This document shows positions 19,801 through 33,398 of a stretch of DNA of 64,000 bases, piece by piece. The stretch comes from Tubulanus polymorphus. Taxonomy: Eukaryota > Animalia > Nemertea. Position 1 is the stretch's first letter. Every line of letters starts with the position of its first letter. The translations under genes were made by a program, and so were the position numbers. The DNA lies in assembly GCF_964204645.1 (NCBI RefSeq), contig NC_134036.1, forward strand, positions 9,279,859-9,343,858, read 5' to 3'. A model generated the notes under the pieces. The model did no database searches. It saw only the letters and a program-made list of their open reading frames with translations, and was not told the DNA's origin.

Positions 19801-22800
19801 ATATATTTTTTGCATGGTATATTGCACGAATTTTTTTTTTTTTAACTTGGCCCTAATCAGCCACCATAGTTTTGAAAACAATCAAATTCTAATTTTATAG
19901 CATGATGTGTGATTTTCTTTTTCCATGAGACGAAGAAAAGAGGAGACTGTGAAACTGTGAATAGAAATCAGCGGCGAACTTTCGAGATTAGCACTCCTTA
20001 TGAAGCGACGACTTATGCCGGAGATGTAGCTCTGGCGCTATACAGCGACCCAGAACTCTTGGAACGGGGAGAATACGACGATCCCCCGATGACTGTAATT
20101 ATTATTCATCAAATCTATACTTATAAAGAAAACTGAAAAAACTACCTGTAAACAACGGTTCAAATGCCGTCTGATTTTTTCAAACAAGAACGGCTCGATT
20201 AAACCAAGTATCTTACTATTATTTTCACTTTTCCCATTTTCGGTCTACGAAAATGGTTGATCGCGGTAAGGCTACGGGGACTCCTAGGTTTCCACGTTTG
20301 GTGATGTGGCAAAACTTATGATAGAAGATGCAGAATTTCCCTAATAAAGATATATCTTGCTCTGTATGTCCTTTTGGATGGCGATACTAAAAGGGGAATT
20401 CGTTGTTTTGCACGGACTTTTAATAAACATTGTAATTGCACCGTATCATCAGTTGCGCGACAAAATCAAACTTAAGGACAGGTCCTTTGGTAAGAATTGG
20501 ACTTTATTTCATAATTGTAAACACATTTTCGTGCTCTTTATTTCGTATTTGTAAATGCATTTTTGTATGTTAATTGACCATATGCATGTTTTAAGATATT
20601 CGAGAGCAACGACATTATTTAAAACGCATCTATCATATCAATCTTTATCTATCATCAATTCAACAGTCAGAAAACACGTCTTAAGCACGTGTCCTAATTG
20701 CGAATGCCCAGATTTCACAAACTGTTTTTTAGTGTCTTCGAGATCTGAAAAATGTAGATGCTCGTTTAAAACTTAGTGGTTTGGAGACTTGTACAGTAAT
20801 AACGATATTTGAATGAATGATTGAAAAATACATACACCCACTTAACACAAATTTTAAAAGATTTAGTATTAAATCAGACCAATCAAAAACAATTGTTGTT
20901 TACTGATAATTGAGATTCTGATTTATATCCAAAACATGCTATAAAATCAAGCGTATTAAACTGCCTGCATTAATTACCTGCAGCAAACGACTACAGACTA
21001 CAATCAGACCTTTAACAAATACGAGAATCATTAGAAAAAGCAATCATTTTTACCGCCAAGAATTTGAATTCAATATAGTAGCAATTTGGCATTTTGAGAA
21101 ATCATTACCACGTATTCAATGGGCTCTCAGTAAAAAGTCTTTCACAGATTGAAAATAATGCTGCATCAAAACAAATTACTCCATAGATGAATAACGCAGC
21201 GATAACGATTTTTTCTGCATTGCTGGTTTAAGTGCTATACTATGAAAAGTTTTGATTTTCATCTAAGTCTCATCTTTTTTTTAATGAGAATAAAAGATAT
21301 GACCAATTTAGTGAATATTTTCTTGTAACATTTCATCAATTTGAAGTCACTTCAATGGCATATACAGTACTTCTTGTAGTCACGTGACTTTCTGTTGGCG
21401 GAGTGTTTCAATAGCCGTTAGTGCGAGGCGGTCAAATTGCTTGTGATTGGCATCAGACAAACAGGAAAAATCGTCGGTCTCTCTTCCCTGTGTCTGCTGG
21501 GAATTATTAGACACGGTTAATAGTTCAACGTATTGTGAACACGAAGGTCGATTAATTGAAATAAGTTTACAGATTCCTTTATTTGTCGAGAATCTTTTGA
21601 ATGAAATAAAGTCTGCGCCATAGTTACAAAATGAATTTAAGGCTATGAAATTCATAAAAATTGAATCGAAATCATCTAAAAATAATAAGAATCTCTTAAT
21701 AAACTACACGATACGGTCATCGCGGCCACTTTCTTATCTACTTACGGTTCTGCCTTCTAGTTAAAGTTCGGTTGCAGCATTAAGTATTGGAACCTTTAAG
21801 CTGAAAATTCGCTCATAAATTTTATGCTTCATACATTAAATATAGTATTTGATTATCTATTCAATGCTGTCAACAGGTGCTAATTTCAGTACTTGAAACC
21901 TGAGTGGAAACGGGTGAAATATGAAACTTTTTCGTCTGGAATATTTTTCTTAAAATTCAGGATCCGATATTATTAAACTAAATAACGTTTTCAAACTTGT
22001 TATGTCAAATAGACCTAAAATGTATGGGACTGGATGCAAAGTCAAATTAGTCCCTAATGACCGTGATAGAGGCGTATGAAACTGACTAAATGGTGGAACG
22101 GGATAACAAGTCAAAGCAAACAAGACTGTAAAACTTGATTCAGGGACACGTGGAACAAAATAACTGTAAAACTGGGCCCTTAATAGAAACCATTTGTTGA
22201 ACTGGGAGCAGTTTCAAACCCTCAAGATTGTGAAATTGGATTTATTGACAGATTAAATCACGTCAATTTTAATCTATGTTACTATAGAGTTGCGATTGAC
22301 GACTGTATTAACTCCTTGGGCTGAAGATAATTGGGTCTTACATTGATTCAATGTGAATGATTGTGAGTTCAATGAGAAATAGAAAAAGAAAATTGTTTGG
22401 GCTCAATGCTCAGAACAAAACCTTAATTACCCATTTATATAGGCTGAATTGGTAATGCTAAAAGTAAAATAGTCTTGAGATTGAAATATATAATCCCTGT
22501 GTTGGTTCGGACATTTCCAAGTCAGGTTTGCCTTTAGCACACACATCTTTAGTATGAATTTGATTTTTTCATATTTCTTTTTGGCGGGAGGCGGGTTACG
22601 GGGCCTTCTGCTCATGATGCGTAACTCAAGATGTGCCTTACTTTCACTCGCACATATGGCTTATCAATTGCTAAAGGTTGAACTTTTGGGCTGAGTACAC
22701 ATGGCAAATGCAAGCTAGCTCCCCAACTATATATCATATATTGAACGCATTCCATATTAAATCGCTTGCTGAAATTTGGTATCGAATAACCAAAATTGTA

Positions 22801-23399
22801 CAAGGATGTCATCATCGGGAACATATGAGCAAATAGTGTGATGAAAGATATGAAATCAATACGACGTCCTTTCTATATTTATATTCATATTCGGATTCAA
22901 ACTCTGACGATCCATCACAATAGCATCAGCACTGGTGACGAAACTTCAAGTAAGTAATGGATGGGGTGGTAATAATAGCTAGACATGCAATCATAAATGG
23001 TGCATTTAATAGGAATATTGTATATCGTATGGTATTTTGGTCAGATGACAATTCATACAATATAGTATATATGATTTCTTAGATTAGAACAGATCTCATA
23101 CTGTGTTACCTACAATATAAAACAGCGTATTTCAAATCAATGGCTTCTTGCTATATGGGTAAGAAAATAAAACTCTTTTTGACAAACATCTGGGACATTT
23201 GAGTTGGCTGATTGGTAAATAGTTTGAAAAATTAATGATCTCGAAATGAACATTTCATTTTCGGTCATTTAATCATGCTCCGTTTCCTAAGGGTTTCGGC
23301 GTAAGGGTATTTCTTCGTTTCTTATCGTAACGAAACTTCATCCACTCCCTCAGTATTTGAGCCGGGAAGCCTTAGAGGCGCTAGTTTATTGCACTCACC

Positions 23400-23510
23400 T
23401 GTTCAGTTCCACGGTTCGGAGTTAAGATTTGACCCTGAGTTAACTCATTGAAAATGAACTTATTTTAACTCAGAGTTAACTCTAACTCACAACTGTGGAA
23501 CTGAGTCCTG
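23400..23510. mobile_element. MITE, same family as 58347-58461
   Basis: CAGTTCCACGGTT...CACAACTGTGGAACTGAGTCCTG inverted ends and shared GAGTTAACTC core. Confidence 0.7.
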
Positions 23511-25554
23511 GGCGATAGTACGGTGAATATTGTTGTTGCAACCACACCCTGCAACCACGACGTTGCATTACATCAGTTCAACGTAAATGTTGCTATGAGT
23601 TTTGTTTAGCTTACATTCTATAAAATTTACATCATATAGAATCTAGAAAGGCTTGGTTTATATGACTGCACTAGGTGGCATAATTGACACGTCGTTAAAC
23701 AATTTGCCGTTGGATCAAAGTCAGTATAGTTATATCTAGTCGCTTGTTGCATTGAAAGCGGCTTCCGGCTCGATGAACAATCATCTTACCAGTCACCTGT
23801 TGCACTCGAGGTTCTTGAAACTGAAAATTCTGTGCATGAACTATCATCCTGAATTGATGAGCAAATACTTGTCTACCAGTCACCTGTTGCACTTGAGGTT
23901 GTGGTTACTGAAATTTCAGTTCGCTGAACAATCATTGTTAATCGATGAGCAGATGAGAAAATACGTGAATACCACAGACTGACGGAATCAATACTGATTC
24001 TTAACTATGGAACTTGAAAGGTTTCTGGAATTAATCGAATTAAAATGTCCGATTGATCTTGACGTTGAGGCGCACAGGAGCAGCGAGAAAAACTGAAATA
24101 CATGTATCAAACTTCTAACATCGTCGTCGTCGTCGATATCAATGCATACTCGAAATTTAATTACAAGTTCGCCTAACCTTTATTGTACCTTTTGCGATTA
24201 TATAAATAAGTATACATTCCATAAGAATTCCTTTTAGGAGGGGTTTCAAGCTGTCTGGCGCCTATGCATATGCAACTTAGTTTTGGCTTCAGTAACCTTC
24301 CTATATATAGCAATTACACGTAGAACAACAACTTAAGTAAACGGAATCAAAAACGCAACAGGTGACTAAATATTTTTCTGCTGAAATCTATGCAACAGTT
24401 AATTGTTCGATGACGTGTCACAGATCATACCGTCTAGTATTTCTAGTATATCCCTAGATTTATGATATTTTAAATTCAGCAGAAAATTCATGACCCATTT
24501 CTGTTTTATAACAGTTGTGAGGTGATGACAAAATTTCAATCAAATTATTGCGGTGTTTAAAACAGAACGCAACGATTGTGCAGAATGGGGAGTTTATTTC
24601 AATCAAACGTGTTCTAATGACAAAAAAATTAATTTCAATGATTATCTGTATAACAAACATACATCTAAACAATACATTAAAAAAGCTCATCATATATGAA
24701 AATATGATAAGAAACAGAATGAATGCCAGAGATACAGAATGTTACGTGACTATAAAATGTTCAGCGAATGCCATTCAATGGACTTCAAATCTAACAAACC
24801 AATATTCACAAAATTAGTCATTGCTTCTATCATCACTAAATGTGATACTAATTTCGACGAAACCAGTTTCATTATTACGGCATTCGAACCAGCAATAAAA
24901 ACAATCCGTAATCGCTGCTTCGCACGACGAGTATTGTAAGCTTTTGTTTTGTCTGAAGCAGACTTATTCTTAACCTGGCACGTGATCTGACAAAAATTCA
25001 TTCACTGAAAGCCATATAAAATGACTTTCTGTATGGCTATAATTTAGGATTTTCCGAAATTGCTAATATCTTTTCAATCGGATTCTAGACGAAAATGCTC
25101 GCAAATCTGATTTATCGTATATGTGCTATTATTGTGATTGTGGTCAACGCTGCGCCATTTGCAGAGTCAGTAGTTGGTGAGTAACGACTGGGAATAATAC
25201 ATAATTTCAAAATAGCTCATGAATACTATACATTTAAGTAGCAGTAAGCAGTTATTTACTGATTCAACAGATTAATTTTACGAGTTTCATTTCATAGATT
25301 ATATTATGTAATTTGTGATATTCTGACAAGTATCAATTTAATTGACACGCAATATTGTTTTTATATACATGAATTTCCCAAACTCGGCTTAGAGACGTTT
25401 GGCGACGTGACAAGGGGTAGTTATGATGATCATCATCGTCGGCGTCAGTCCTACATCAGGGGAGGAGTTCAATTATTTTTTCCTATAAGTAAAACATATG
25501 TTTCACTCCAAATTTTCATTTTGTTTCTTATGTTTTTAGCAAATACCAGGTGTT

Positions 25555-28500
25555 CACGTACGTACAGACAATGCTAAGAATAAGAGACCTTGAAGTTTCG
25601 CGTAATTGTTGTGACCTTTAAGGAAATCAATATTATTCGGTGGCCGCGAACAAATCTATTGCGCGCGATCACCATCTTCAGCAAGACGTGGAGTCATCCT
25701 CGCTAGACACGATGGTTAAAATATCGGAGTGTATCATGAATTGGTTGCCTTTGAAACGATTCCAGTTGCTTTAATGGGTGTCATTTGTTAATGTAAGTAA
25801 AGAATTACGTTTGTGGCCGTTAATGGTGTATGTTTGCTGCATGTTGACCCAATAAATGTAAAAATACGACTGAATTTGTTTACTTACTTCCGGGTTCGCT
25901 GAAACCCGGAAATATTTCCACTTCAAATTCTTAACTCAGACCGCGGCCTATATTGAAGTAATTCTGTTAAGATGTCAACCCATAATGAAAAAAAGATTCG
26001 TATCAACAGTTAACCGCATTCACCTTCAGGCCTAGCTCATCGATGGGCCTATTTCATGTATTGAAGTGCAAACTGTCAGATAATTTGACCCGTCCCAGGC
26101 TAGTAAATTCCCTCAGTTATTTGTTTTTTCGGGGCAGTCGAAGCAGGGATGGGTTGTGACCACAATGAATTGTAGTAAGAGTTGTAATATTGTCAGGTAG
26201 GCCTAGAGAGTGGGCGATAATCTGATAATCTGTGGCAATCGACGCCGTGCGATTATAGTCAATCTAGGCCTAAAGCCTCCAGTACATTTCGTAAGCCCTA
26301 TCATATTATATATTACAGGTTTTTTTAAGACAGCAAATGTTTTTCAAAGGGGACAGACAAAGCTATTCAAGTAAGTTTAATCGATCGCCATTCTCATAAC
26401 AATACAAGCATGAAAGCCCTGCTCGCAAGTAGAACAATATCTGTAAATAATTTTTATGACTTTTTAGTGTATTATTTATTGAAAAATCTTGTTATTTCAG
26501 ATTTACCGCCTCGTATCGGAGACGATATTTTTGAAAAAAATCCGCACTGGCATTTACGGACAATTGGACTACGCTTATTCGAATTAGTTGCATAAAGTGC
26601 CGAACTAGTGTCGTACGTTGGATATCGTGATTTGAACAATTCACGAACATCTCTAGAGCAATACTAAGAATAAGCTTCGCGCACTCATCGTGACCTTTTA
26701 GGAAATCGATATTTTTTGGTATCGAAGAAGGGGTTGCGGTTAAAAGTGTTTCATTGCTTTCATCTGCCAACTGCATGTCACTTTTCGCTGATTTTCTCCT
26801 AGAGCCTGTTAGATTGATTGAAAGAACATTCTACTCATTAGATAAAAACTTAAGGTACAACCCAGTAATTATTGTAAATAAAATTCATATGGTGCAGCTT
26901 GCACGAGCGTACTTTAAAAACTGTTAATGCAACTAACATTTTGTAATATTACAATTTAAAACATAAAGGTATCAGCATTTTTTGCTTTTAATTAATTATA
27001 TATAAGGTAATACATGTATTTAGTTTGACGCAATTTGTCTATTGTGAAACAATGATTTCAATAAATTCTATGTCTACCACTTGCTGAAAATGGAATAGTT
27101 TTAAATTTGTTGGTATGTTGCATGCAGAGGAAATTAAATGATTAATTAGGCAAAAGAAAAATTAACCAGTCTGTCATCAGATAGAAATTGTTAGTGATAA
27201 TTCGATATTTCACCATGTCAAATGCTACCACTTTTGGAACACTATTTTGACTAACAATTGTCCTGTAACAAACTTCAATTTCACTCAAGGACAGACTCAA
27301 GTTAGTTTGAAAATGAACTTGGAAATAGTCAAGAAACTCACCTTTATAATACAGCTGTCAGAACCACACTTCTTTTACAAAAACTTTATCCTGAGACTCA
27401 TTTCCTTTCACTTATTGTAAATAATTTATACACAGGGTACCCATAATATACGATATGTTAGAGGAATATTTCGATCCAGATACATTCTTTATGAATAAAA
27501 TTACCATCCTGCTATAAATTTGATCCAAGAACCCCAAGTAACCTTTCTTGAATTAGATGGCTAAGAAAGACAAACACAGTCATATATAATTTTTGAAAGG
27601 TTTTTATTGAAACAACAATATGAATTGAAAATGATGGATGTATAAAAGAAAAAAACAGTCAACATATGTAAAATTAGAGAATTGATCAACTTGAATTTTT
27701 ATCAACTAGTCTTTAACAAACATTCAATGGAACATTGTCAAAATAAACTTCACAGCAATTAACAAAATTGATCGGTAAATTGACTGTCTGCTATAACGAG
27801 CAGTATTCCTTTTATTGCGAATTATATTTTTCACTAACTATTATACACCGGAGTTTGTTAGAACAACAGTTCCATTGAATTTACAATCTTTCAAATACAA
27901 TTGACTTGATTTTTTGGCATTATTTCACAAGGTTACCACCAATTGCGGAATTAAGAAATCATTGCCAATCTTTGCCATAAGTCATTTTTAATTATCAGAG
28001 CAACTTTCCAAAATCATAATCAGGGTAGAGTCATAATGTAATGAACAATAGAAAAAAATATCAACATCTAATACAAAATGCTGCAGAATCACTTACTATG
28101 AAGCTTAGCCATTTTTTCTTTAAATGATATTTTTTTCCACGCTGTACCATAGTAGATCTTTCTTGCAGAACCCAACATGCTGGTAACCTTCCCAGCTACC
28201 CTGCCCCAGGGCTCGCGGTCTACTGCTTTCTGACCTACAAAAAATTACACAATATATCAATGTATGTTCTAACTATAGGCCTAAAAATTTCTTTAAATCC
28301 ATTGACTTACCACTGTGTTCAACAATTACTGAATCCTTTCAATGATTACGACTAGGTTTGACGATTACAACTTCGTTCAACGATTACGACTCGTTTAACG
28401 ACTACGACTCTGTTCATCGATTACGACTTCGTTCAGCAACTACGCTTCCGTTAAACGATTACGACTCCATTCAGCGACTACGACTCCGTTCAACAATTAC

Positions 28501-29889
28501 GACTCCGTTCAGCGACTACGACTCTGTTCAACGATTACGCTTCCATTCAGCGACTACGACTCCATTTAACGATTGCGACTCCGTTAAACGATTACGACTC
28601 CATTCAGCGACTACGACTCCGTTCAACGATTACGCTTCCATTCAGCGACTACGACTCCATTTAACGATTGCGACTCCGTTAAACGATTACGACTCCATTC
28701 AGCGACTACGACTCCGTTCAACGATTACGCTTCCATTCAGCGACTACGACTCCGTTCAACGATTACTGAATCCCTTCATCGATTACGACTCTGCTCAATC
28801 CTTTATGACGAACCCGACTATGTTGAAAAACAAATCTATTCCGACTATGACAAATACATCTACAATTACAAAAAAAGTACCAATAGTTATTACCATTTGG
28901 AGGCCCGAGAGACCTCAAATGCAATGGACCTAGGCCTATACATTAATCAAACTACATGTATTTGATTTGGTAATTTTACAAGGTCGAAAGGCCGTAAAAG
29001 GCTTATACTATATGAAATAGACAGACTTGATAAGCGCCAAGGCTCGAGAAACTATAGTAGACGATAGAGGCCTATCACTCGCCCACCTAGACTGCAACAA
29101 TTTCTAGTTTAGGCCTATATAAGTGTCATTTTTGCTGTCTATGAGAATGGGTTGTTTTGAAGTTGAAGACATATCACTATTAACACATAAAAGCTCCTGC
29201 GTTAAACATAACTCTGTCGAATAAAATTTAATTTTGCTTGATTTTGAAAACCATCTTAATTTTCACTTCTTTTTTAACAAGGACACAATTTCACTTGAAT
29301 AGAATGAAATCTAATTGATCTCAATCAACTGTTTAAAATACTTAACAGTAGAAATAAGCAGTTTAGTGACTATGTGCAATGTAAAAAGACGAAACGTAAT
29401 ACGATTATTATGGGCGCCAAAAAAATTTTTAATAATTGTGCAAATTTACAGACGAGTGTCACTTTTTTGACATTATACAATGACAGAGACCCATAAAAGT
29501 ACATAGTTATAGAAACTACATGCTAATATCTAGTTCGTCACATTTTGTTTTTTTAAGTTAGGCCTGTTGTATGGATAGAAATCGCACATTTGTAGCGGAA
29601 AATGTCGAAAATTTTATTTCCGGGTTACGAAATTCAGGATTGACAAAAAACGAGAATGTTAATAGAAATTCCGAAAATTCTACGAACTAGTGGCGGATGT
29701 TTACTAAAAATCTAATCATATTAGGTTCGAATCCCACATTTACTGACGATGTATTCGGAGCACTCCCGAGTCACTCCAAGTCTATATCTCACAGCATTAG
29801 CACAAAATGGCGCGAAGCTCAGCGCGCGATATCGATTAATACGATCAATAATTAAAGTTGGCGAGATTCGTATTGTCTGTACGTACGTG
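25555..29889. mobile_element. 4.3-kb cut-and-paste DNA transposon, CAC...GTG ends, 4-bp TSD (Chapaev/CMC-like)
   Basis: Perfect 18-bp TIR CACGTACGTACAGACAAT; TGTT duplicated at 25551-25554 and 29890-29893. No intact transposase seen, so the superfamily is inferred from ends and TSD only. Confidence 0.85.
28320..28795. repeat. 19-bp minisatellite (ACGATTACGACTCCGTTCA variants)
   Basis: More than 20 tandem degenerate units inside the transposon. Confidence 0.9.
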
Positions 29890-30790
29890 TGTTGGGGAAA
29901 GCTCGTAGAATGTTTCTATAACGAGGACTGTTGCAGCGGCAAATGTAAAGGCCAATTTTGTTCATAAGCGTTTGGTGACAATGGTTTATAATCGGATATA
30001 ATTGTGGCAGTTTTGGAAATATCTGATTATGAAACTCTCGGTGTAGGTTAGCAAAAAGCTCGAATTGAATTTATATTTAAAACTCATTCGTAAAATCTCG
30101 TGTTGTAATTTGATTCAATAAAAGCGTCGGTAAATAAATCAAAAAACGTGTTTTCACCTGTTTAGGAATCGTGGATGAAGATTGTAATGTGATCAATTAT
30201 AGGATGCGCCGTGAGGAATCCTACTTCAAGGAAAACAAATACTATGACCGTCACTGGTTTCTATAAATACATGCGCAGACTCAAGGAACAGAGAGTTGTC
30301 ACTGAACCAAGTTGCACACACTACTCGAGCAACTCATTGGTTCATAAAATATCCGAGTAGAATTGGTGTTCTCTTGGTTTAGGGGTTTTGAAGATTAGGT
30401 TCCTACATTTAGGTGAACGCTAGATAATTAGGTCTAATTCTAATCTAATTTTTTTGGATTAAACTTTGTATCCAGCACCAGTGAGTGAGTTACATTTGAC
30501 TCCGGATCCTGGTCCACAGTTCTGAGGCTCCGTCAGAACCGGGAACCGAACACACGGACCATTGACTGGTGAGACCAGTAACCGGCGGTTTTAACCGCTC
30601 GACCAGAACGAAAAGATCTCGGAACATTTCGAATTTCCGTCAATAGGATTGATTTTTTATATAAATATAACATTTTCGGGAATTAATGCAACCGGTGTCA
30701 ATTGATTAAGAAATGAGTCGAAGAACAAGATCATTTTCAGTAAATTCTTATTGACGTCTTTAATGAATGAGCATTGAATTTGTCGCGTAT

Positions 30791-33398
30791 CTAATTATCA
30801 GAAGTAATGTACACAGAATTCCTCGCTTTGCCTCCGCATTTTTCGGTAGGGTTTCCTGCGCAATTCATATCGCATTCAGATTCTGGTGCTGAACCATATT
30901 CGCCGACACGGTTACCACAGAAACAATGCCATCTATGTCGAAGTCCAGCAAATATATATCCTGAAAAGAAAACAAACAGTCAAAAGTTGTGATTCCTATT
31001 AATAATGCCTTTGTTGCAAACTGAGTCTGACGTCTTAAGAAATCTTCCGGTGTTGTCATATCGCGGAAAGACGGAATCGCGGAATTTTCCAAAAACGCGG
31101 AATTTCTTCATTTTTACTTTAAATAGTAAACGGGTTTTCCCACGGGGATACCCACTGTCGGACAGGGCACCGGACCGATCGATGCAACGAGTTAAGTTCG
31201 AATCCCATTATTTGCAGGCAATTTTATATGGAATTATTATATTACGATACCGTTGACTGGCTGCCACCTGTAGAAGAATTCAGAATCAAGTGGGGTGAAA
31301 GAGACCAGGCACCTAATGTCTATTTCTACTAGGCAAACTTCGGTTATCGAAGTTCATCGACTTTTTGAGAACGTCAGAAACGAATATTATCAGATAAATA
31401 TTGAGCACGTTCGCGGTGTCGGACCGTAGTTGTAGATGGTTGCAAACATGAAATCCTACGACCAAGTACCGGTTCAAATTCCTTTGAAATTATTATAATT
31501 TTACGGCCGTCCAGTACCGGTACCAATAAGATTCTTTTGATCTAAATAATCAGCATAGGGACATATATGTTATAGCAGTCACAAAGTAAACATTAAAAAA
31601 AACGAAACCATTTTATAATCTTTCATATCATTTAATTCTAAAAGATAAACCACATTCGCTAATAACAACAATGTAGACACACAACACGCATGAACAATCC
31701 TAAACCAGAATGAAATATACATAATGTCTATTTATTTTCGTCTGACATCGATCCAGTTCCACAGTTGTGAGTTAACTCTCAGTTACTTAGAATCAATTCA
31801 TTTCCAATGTTTTAAATCCAAAGACCAGAGTCAAATCTTAACTCGGAAATGAGTCCTGGGGAATGACCCATGGTGTCATCACAAATCCTACGTTTACGTA
31901 CCATCAATTTGTATTCCTTCAGTTAATGCAGCGATACTCTGTATCACTGAATTCGCAAAGCACGTATTGCCTAGGTTCCCCATTATTTGGAACAGTATCG
32001 TTAAGTTGTTGACTGGCGATATAATAAATTATCAAATACTAATTCCCGGTGTTGAAAACCTGGGTCCGGTGCCCTGTCCGACAGTGGGTATCCCCGTGGG
32101 AAAACCCGTTCACTATTTATAGTAAAAATGAAGCAATTCCACGTTTTTGGAAAATTCCGCGATTCCGTCTTTCTGTGATATGACAACACCGGAAATCTTC
32201 AACAAGCTCAACGAGAGTGGGGCTCTCCAAAATGCAATGGCAAAAATTGTTATCTAAACATTGGTGAGGTGTTTTTACCACACATGCACGCACACACACA
32301 TACACACACACACGCGAATTCGTATGACACCCTCAGAATCTGAAACATGTCCCTATTGAACGAAGAACTGTGAGTATTCTTACCTCTGTCCTTACACATA
32401 CCAATGCATTTCTCGATAGTCATGCTTCTGTCCCCGTTCATCGCAAACAATGTGAGATCTCTTTTTGGACCGTCTTTAAAACATCCAACGTAGTTTCGAC
32501 AATCTGATGAAAAAAAGTTACGTCAAAAAAGACAAAATATATGAATGTTGAAAAAGTCGCCAGGAAAAGAATTACGAACACACTTCTTGATTTGTCGGTT
32601 AGGCTATTTTTCTCTGGAATTTCTCCCTTTCAATTGCAGTCAAATGTAATTTTGCGATTGGGGATGAAGATAGAAACTAATGGTACCTTGTACATGACTC
32701 AACATTGAAATACCAAAAAGTGATGATATATAAACCACTGTATTTACTCGGCTAAGATAACCACGACTTAATAGCATTTAGGAACTACATACAGATAAAC
32801 CTGCCGAATCGAAAATACTTTTAATTATACCCTGCAAATAAAAACTGGCATATAACATTGCCACAATTAAATCAACATCATCACCATGACGTATTGAAAT
32901 AACGGGATACCCGTAAAACCAGCTATCCCACCAGATGGCATAACCAGCAGTAGGTTGTCCGATGTCAACGTAAGTTTATTTTCAATTAACTTTGAACTGG
33001 ATTTGTTAGACTCCTGAATCCATTATCACAGGACTCTCCTAATTTGTAAAACTTTCATTCTTCTTATCAGATTTGGATAGTCTTCATAAAATATCGATTC
33101 ATGTAAGAAAAATGTTCATTCAGATTTCCTTGAAATGTAGAAGGAAATTGAAAGCGGACGAGCAACTATCTACTAGCCAACCTGGTGGATCTTCGCCTGC
33201 CATACGTGGAATCCTTGATTGTCCCAGTAGTACTGCGGGTACCATACCCCATTACTCAGGCGTGTGATTGAAAGTACCAGTACATTGAGACTCACCGTTG
33301 TTAGCCTGCGTTGTCGTGCGTGACCCCGCGTCAGGTGATGACGACACGTATGACGCTGTCAACAACAGCATCGCTCCCAGTGTTAGGAAATAGTTCAT
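30791..33398 (-). CDS. Host secreted single-WSC-domain protein, 130 aa, three coding exons (33296-33398, 32384-32503, 30791-30960)
   Basis: Signal peptide MNYFLTLGAMLLLTASYVSS; YVGCFKDGPKRDL...MTIEKCIGMCKDRG|YIFAGLRHRWHCFCGN...ECDMNCAGNPTEKCGGKARNSVY. GT-AG introns, both phase 1, 393 nt in frame. Confidence 0.9.
31051..32188. mobile_element. Non-autonomous Ginger1-like DNA transposon in intron 2 of the WSC gene
   Basis: TGT...ACA termini, ~126-bp TIRs (31051-31176 and 32063-32188), CCGG TSD at 31047-31050 and 32189-32192. Confidence 0.85.
31750..31860. mobile_element. Degenerate MITE (58347 family) nested in the Ginger-like element
   Basis: GATCCAGTTCCACAGTTGTGAGTTAACTC start. Confidence 0.6.

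Larger units (their letters stand above)
25095..29967 (+). pseudogene. Two-exon secreted knottin (ICK, C-C-CC-C-C) peptide gene interrupted by a DNA transposon
   Basis: Exon 1 25095-25176 (signal peptide, GTGAGT donor). Exon 2 starts at 25540 after TTTTTAG. Removing 25555-29889 and one TGTT gives MLANLIYRICAIIVIVVNAAPFAESVVANTRCWGKLVECFYNEDCCSGKCKGQFCS*. TATA-like box at ~25015 and AATAAA at ~30117. Confidence 0.85.

Noticed and set aside
23695-23982. Short ORFs over a duplicated TACCAGTCACCTGTTGCACT motif
   Set aside because: Stops in the plausible frames and no recognisable domain or consistent splice model.
28358-28933. 191-aa ORF; also considered as a CRISPR-like array
   Set aside because: Translation of a 19-bp minisatellite; no unique spacers and no cas genes.
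29749-29889. N-terminal part of the 72-aa ORF ending in the knottin
   Set aside because: It lies inside the transposon end and has no signal peptide; the true 5' exons are at 25095-25554.
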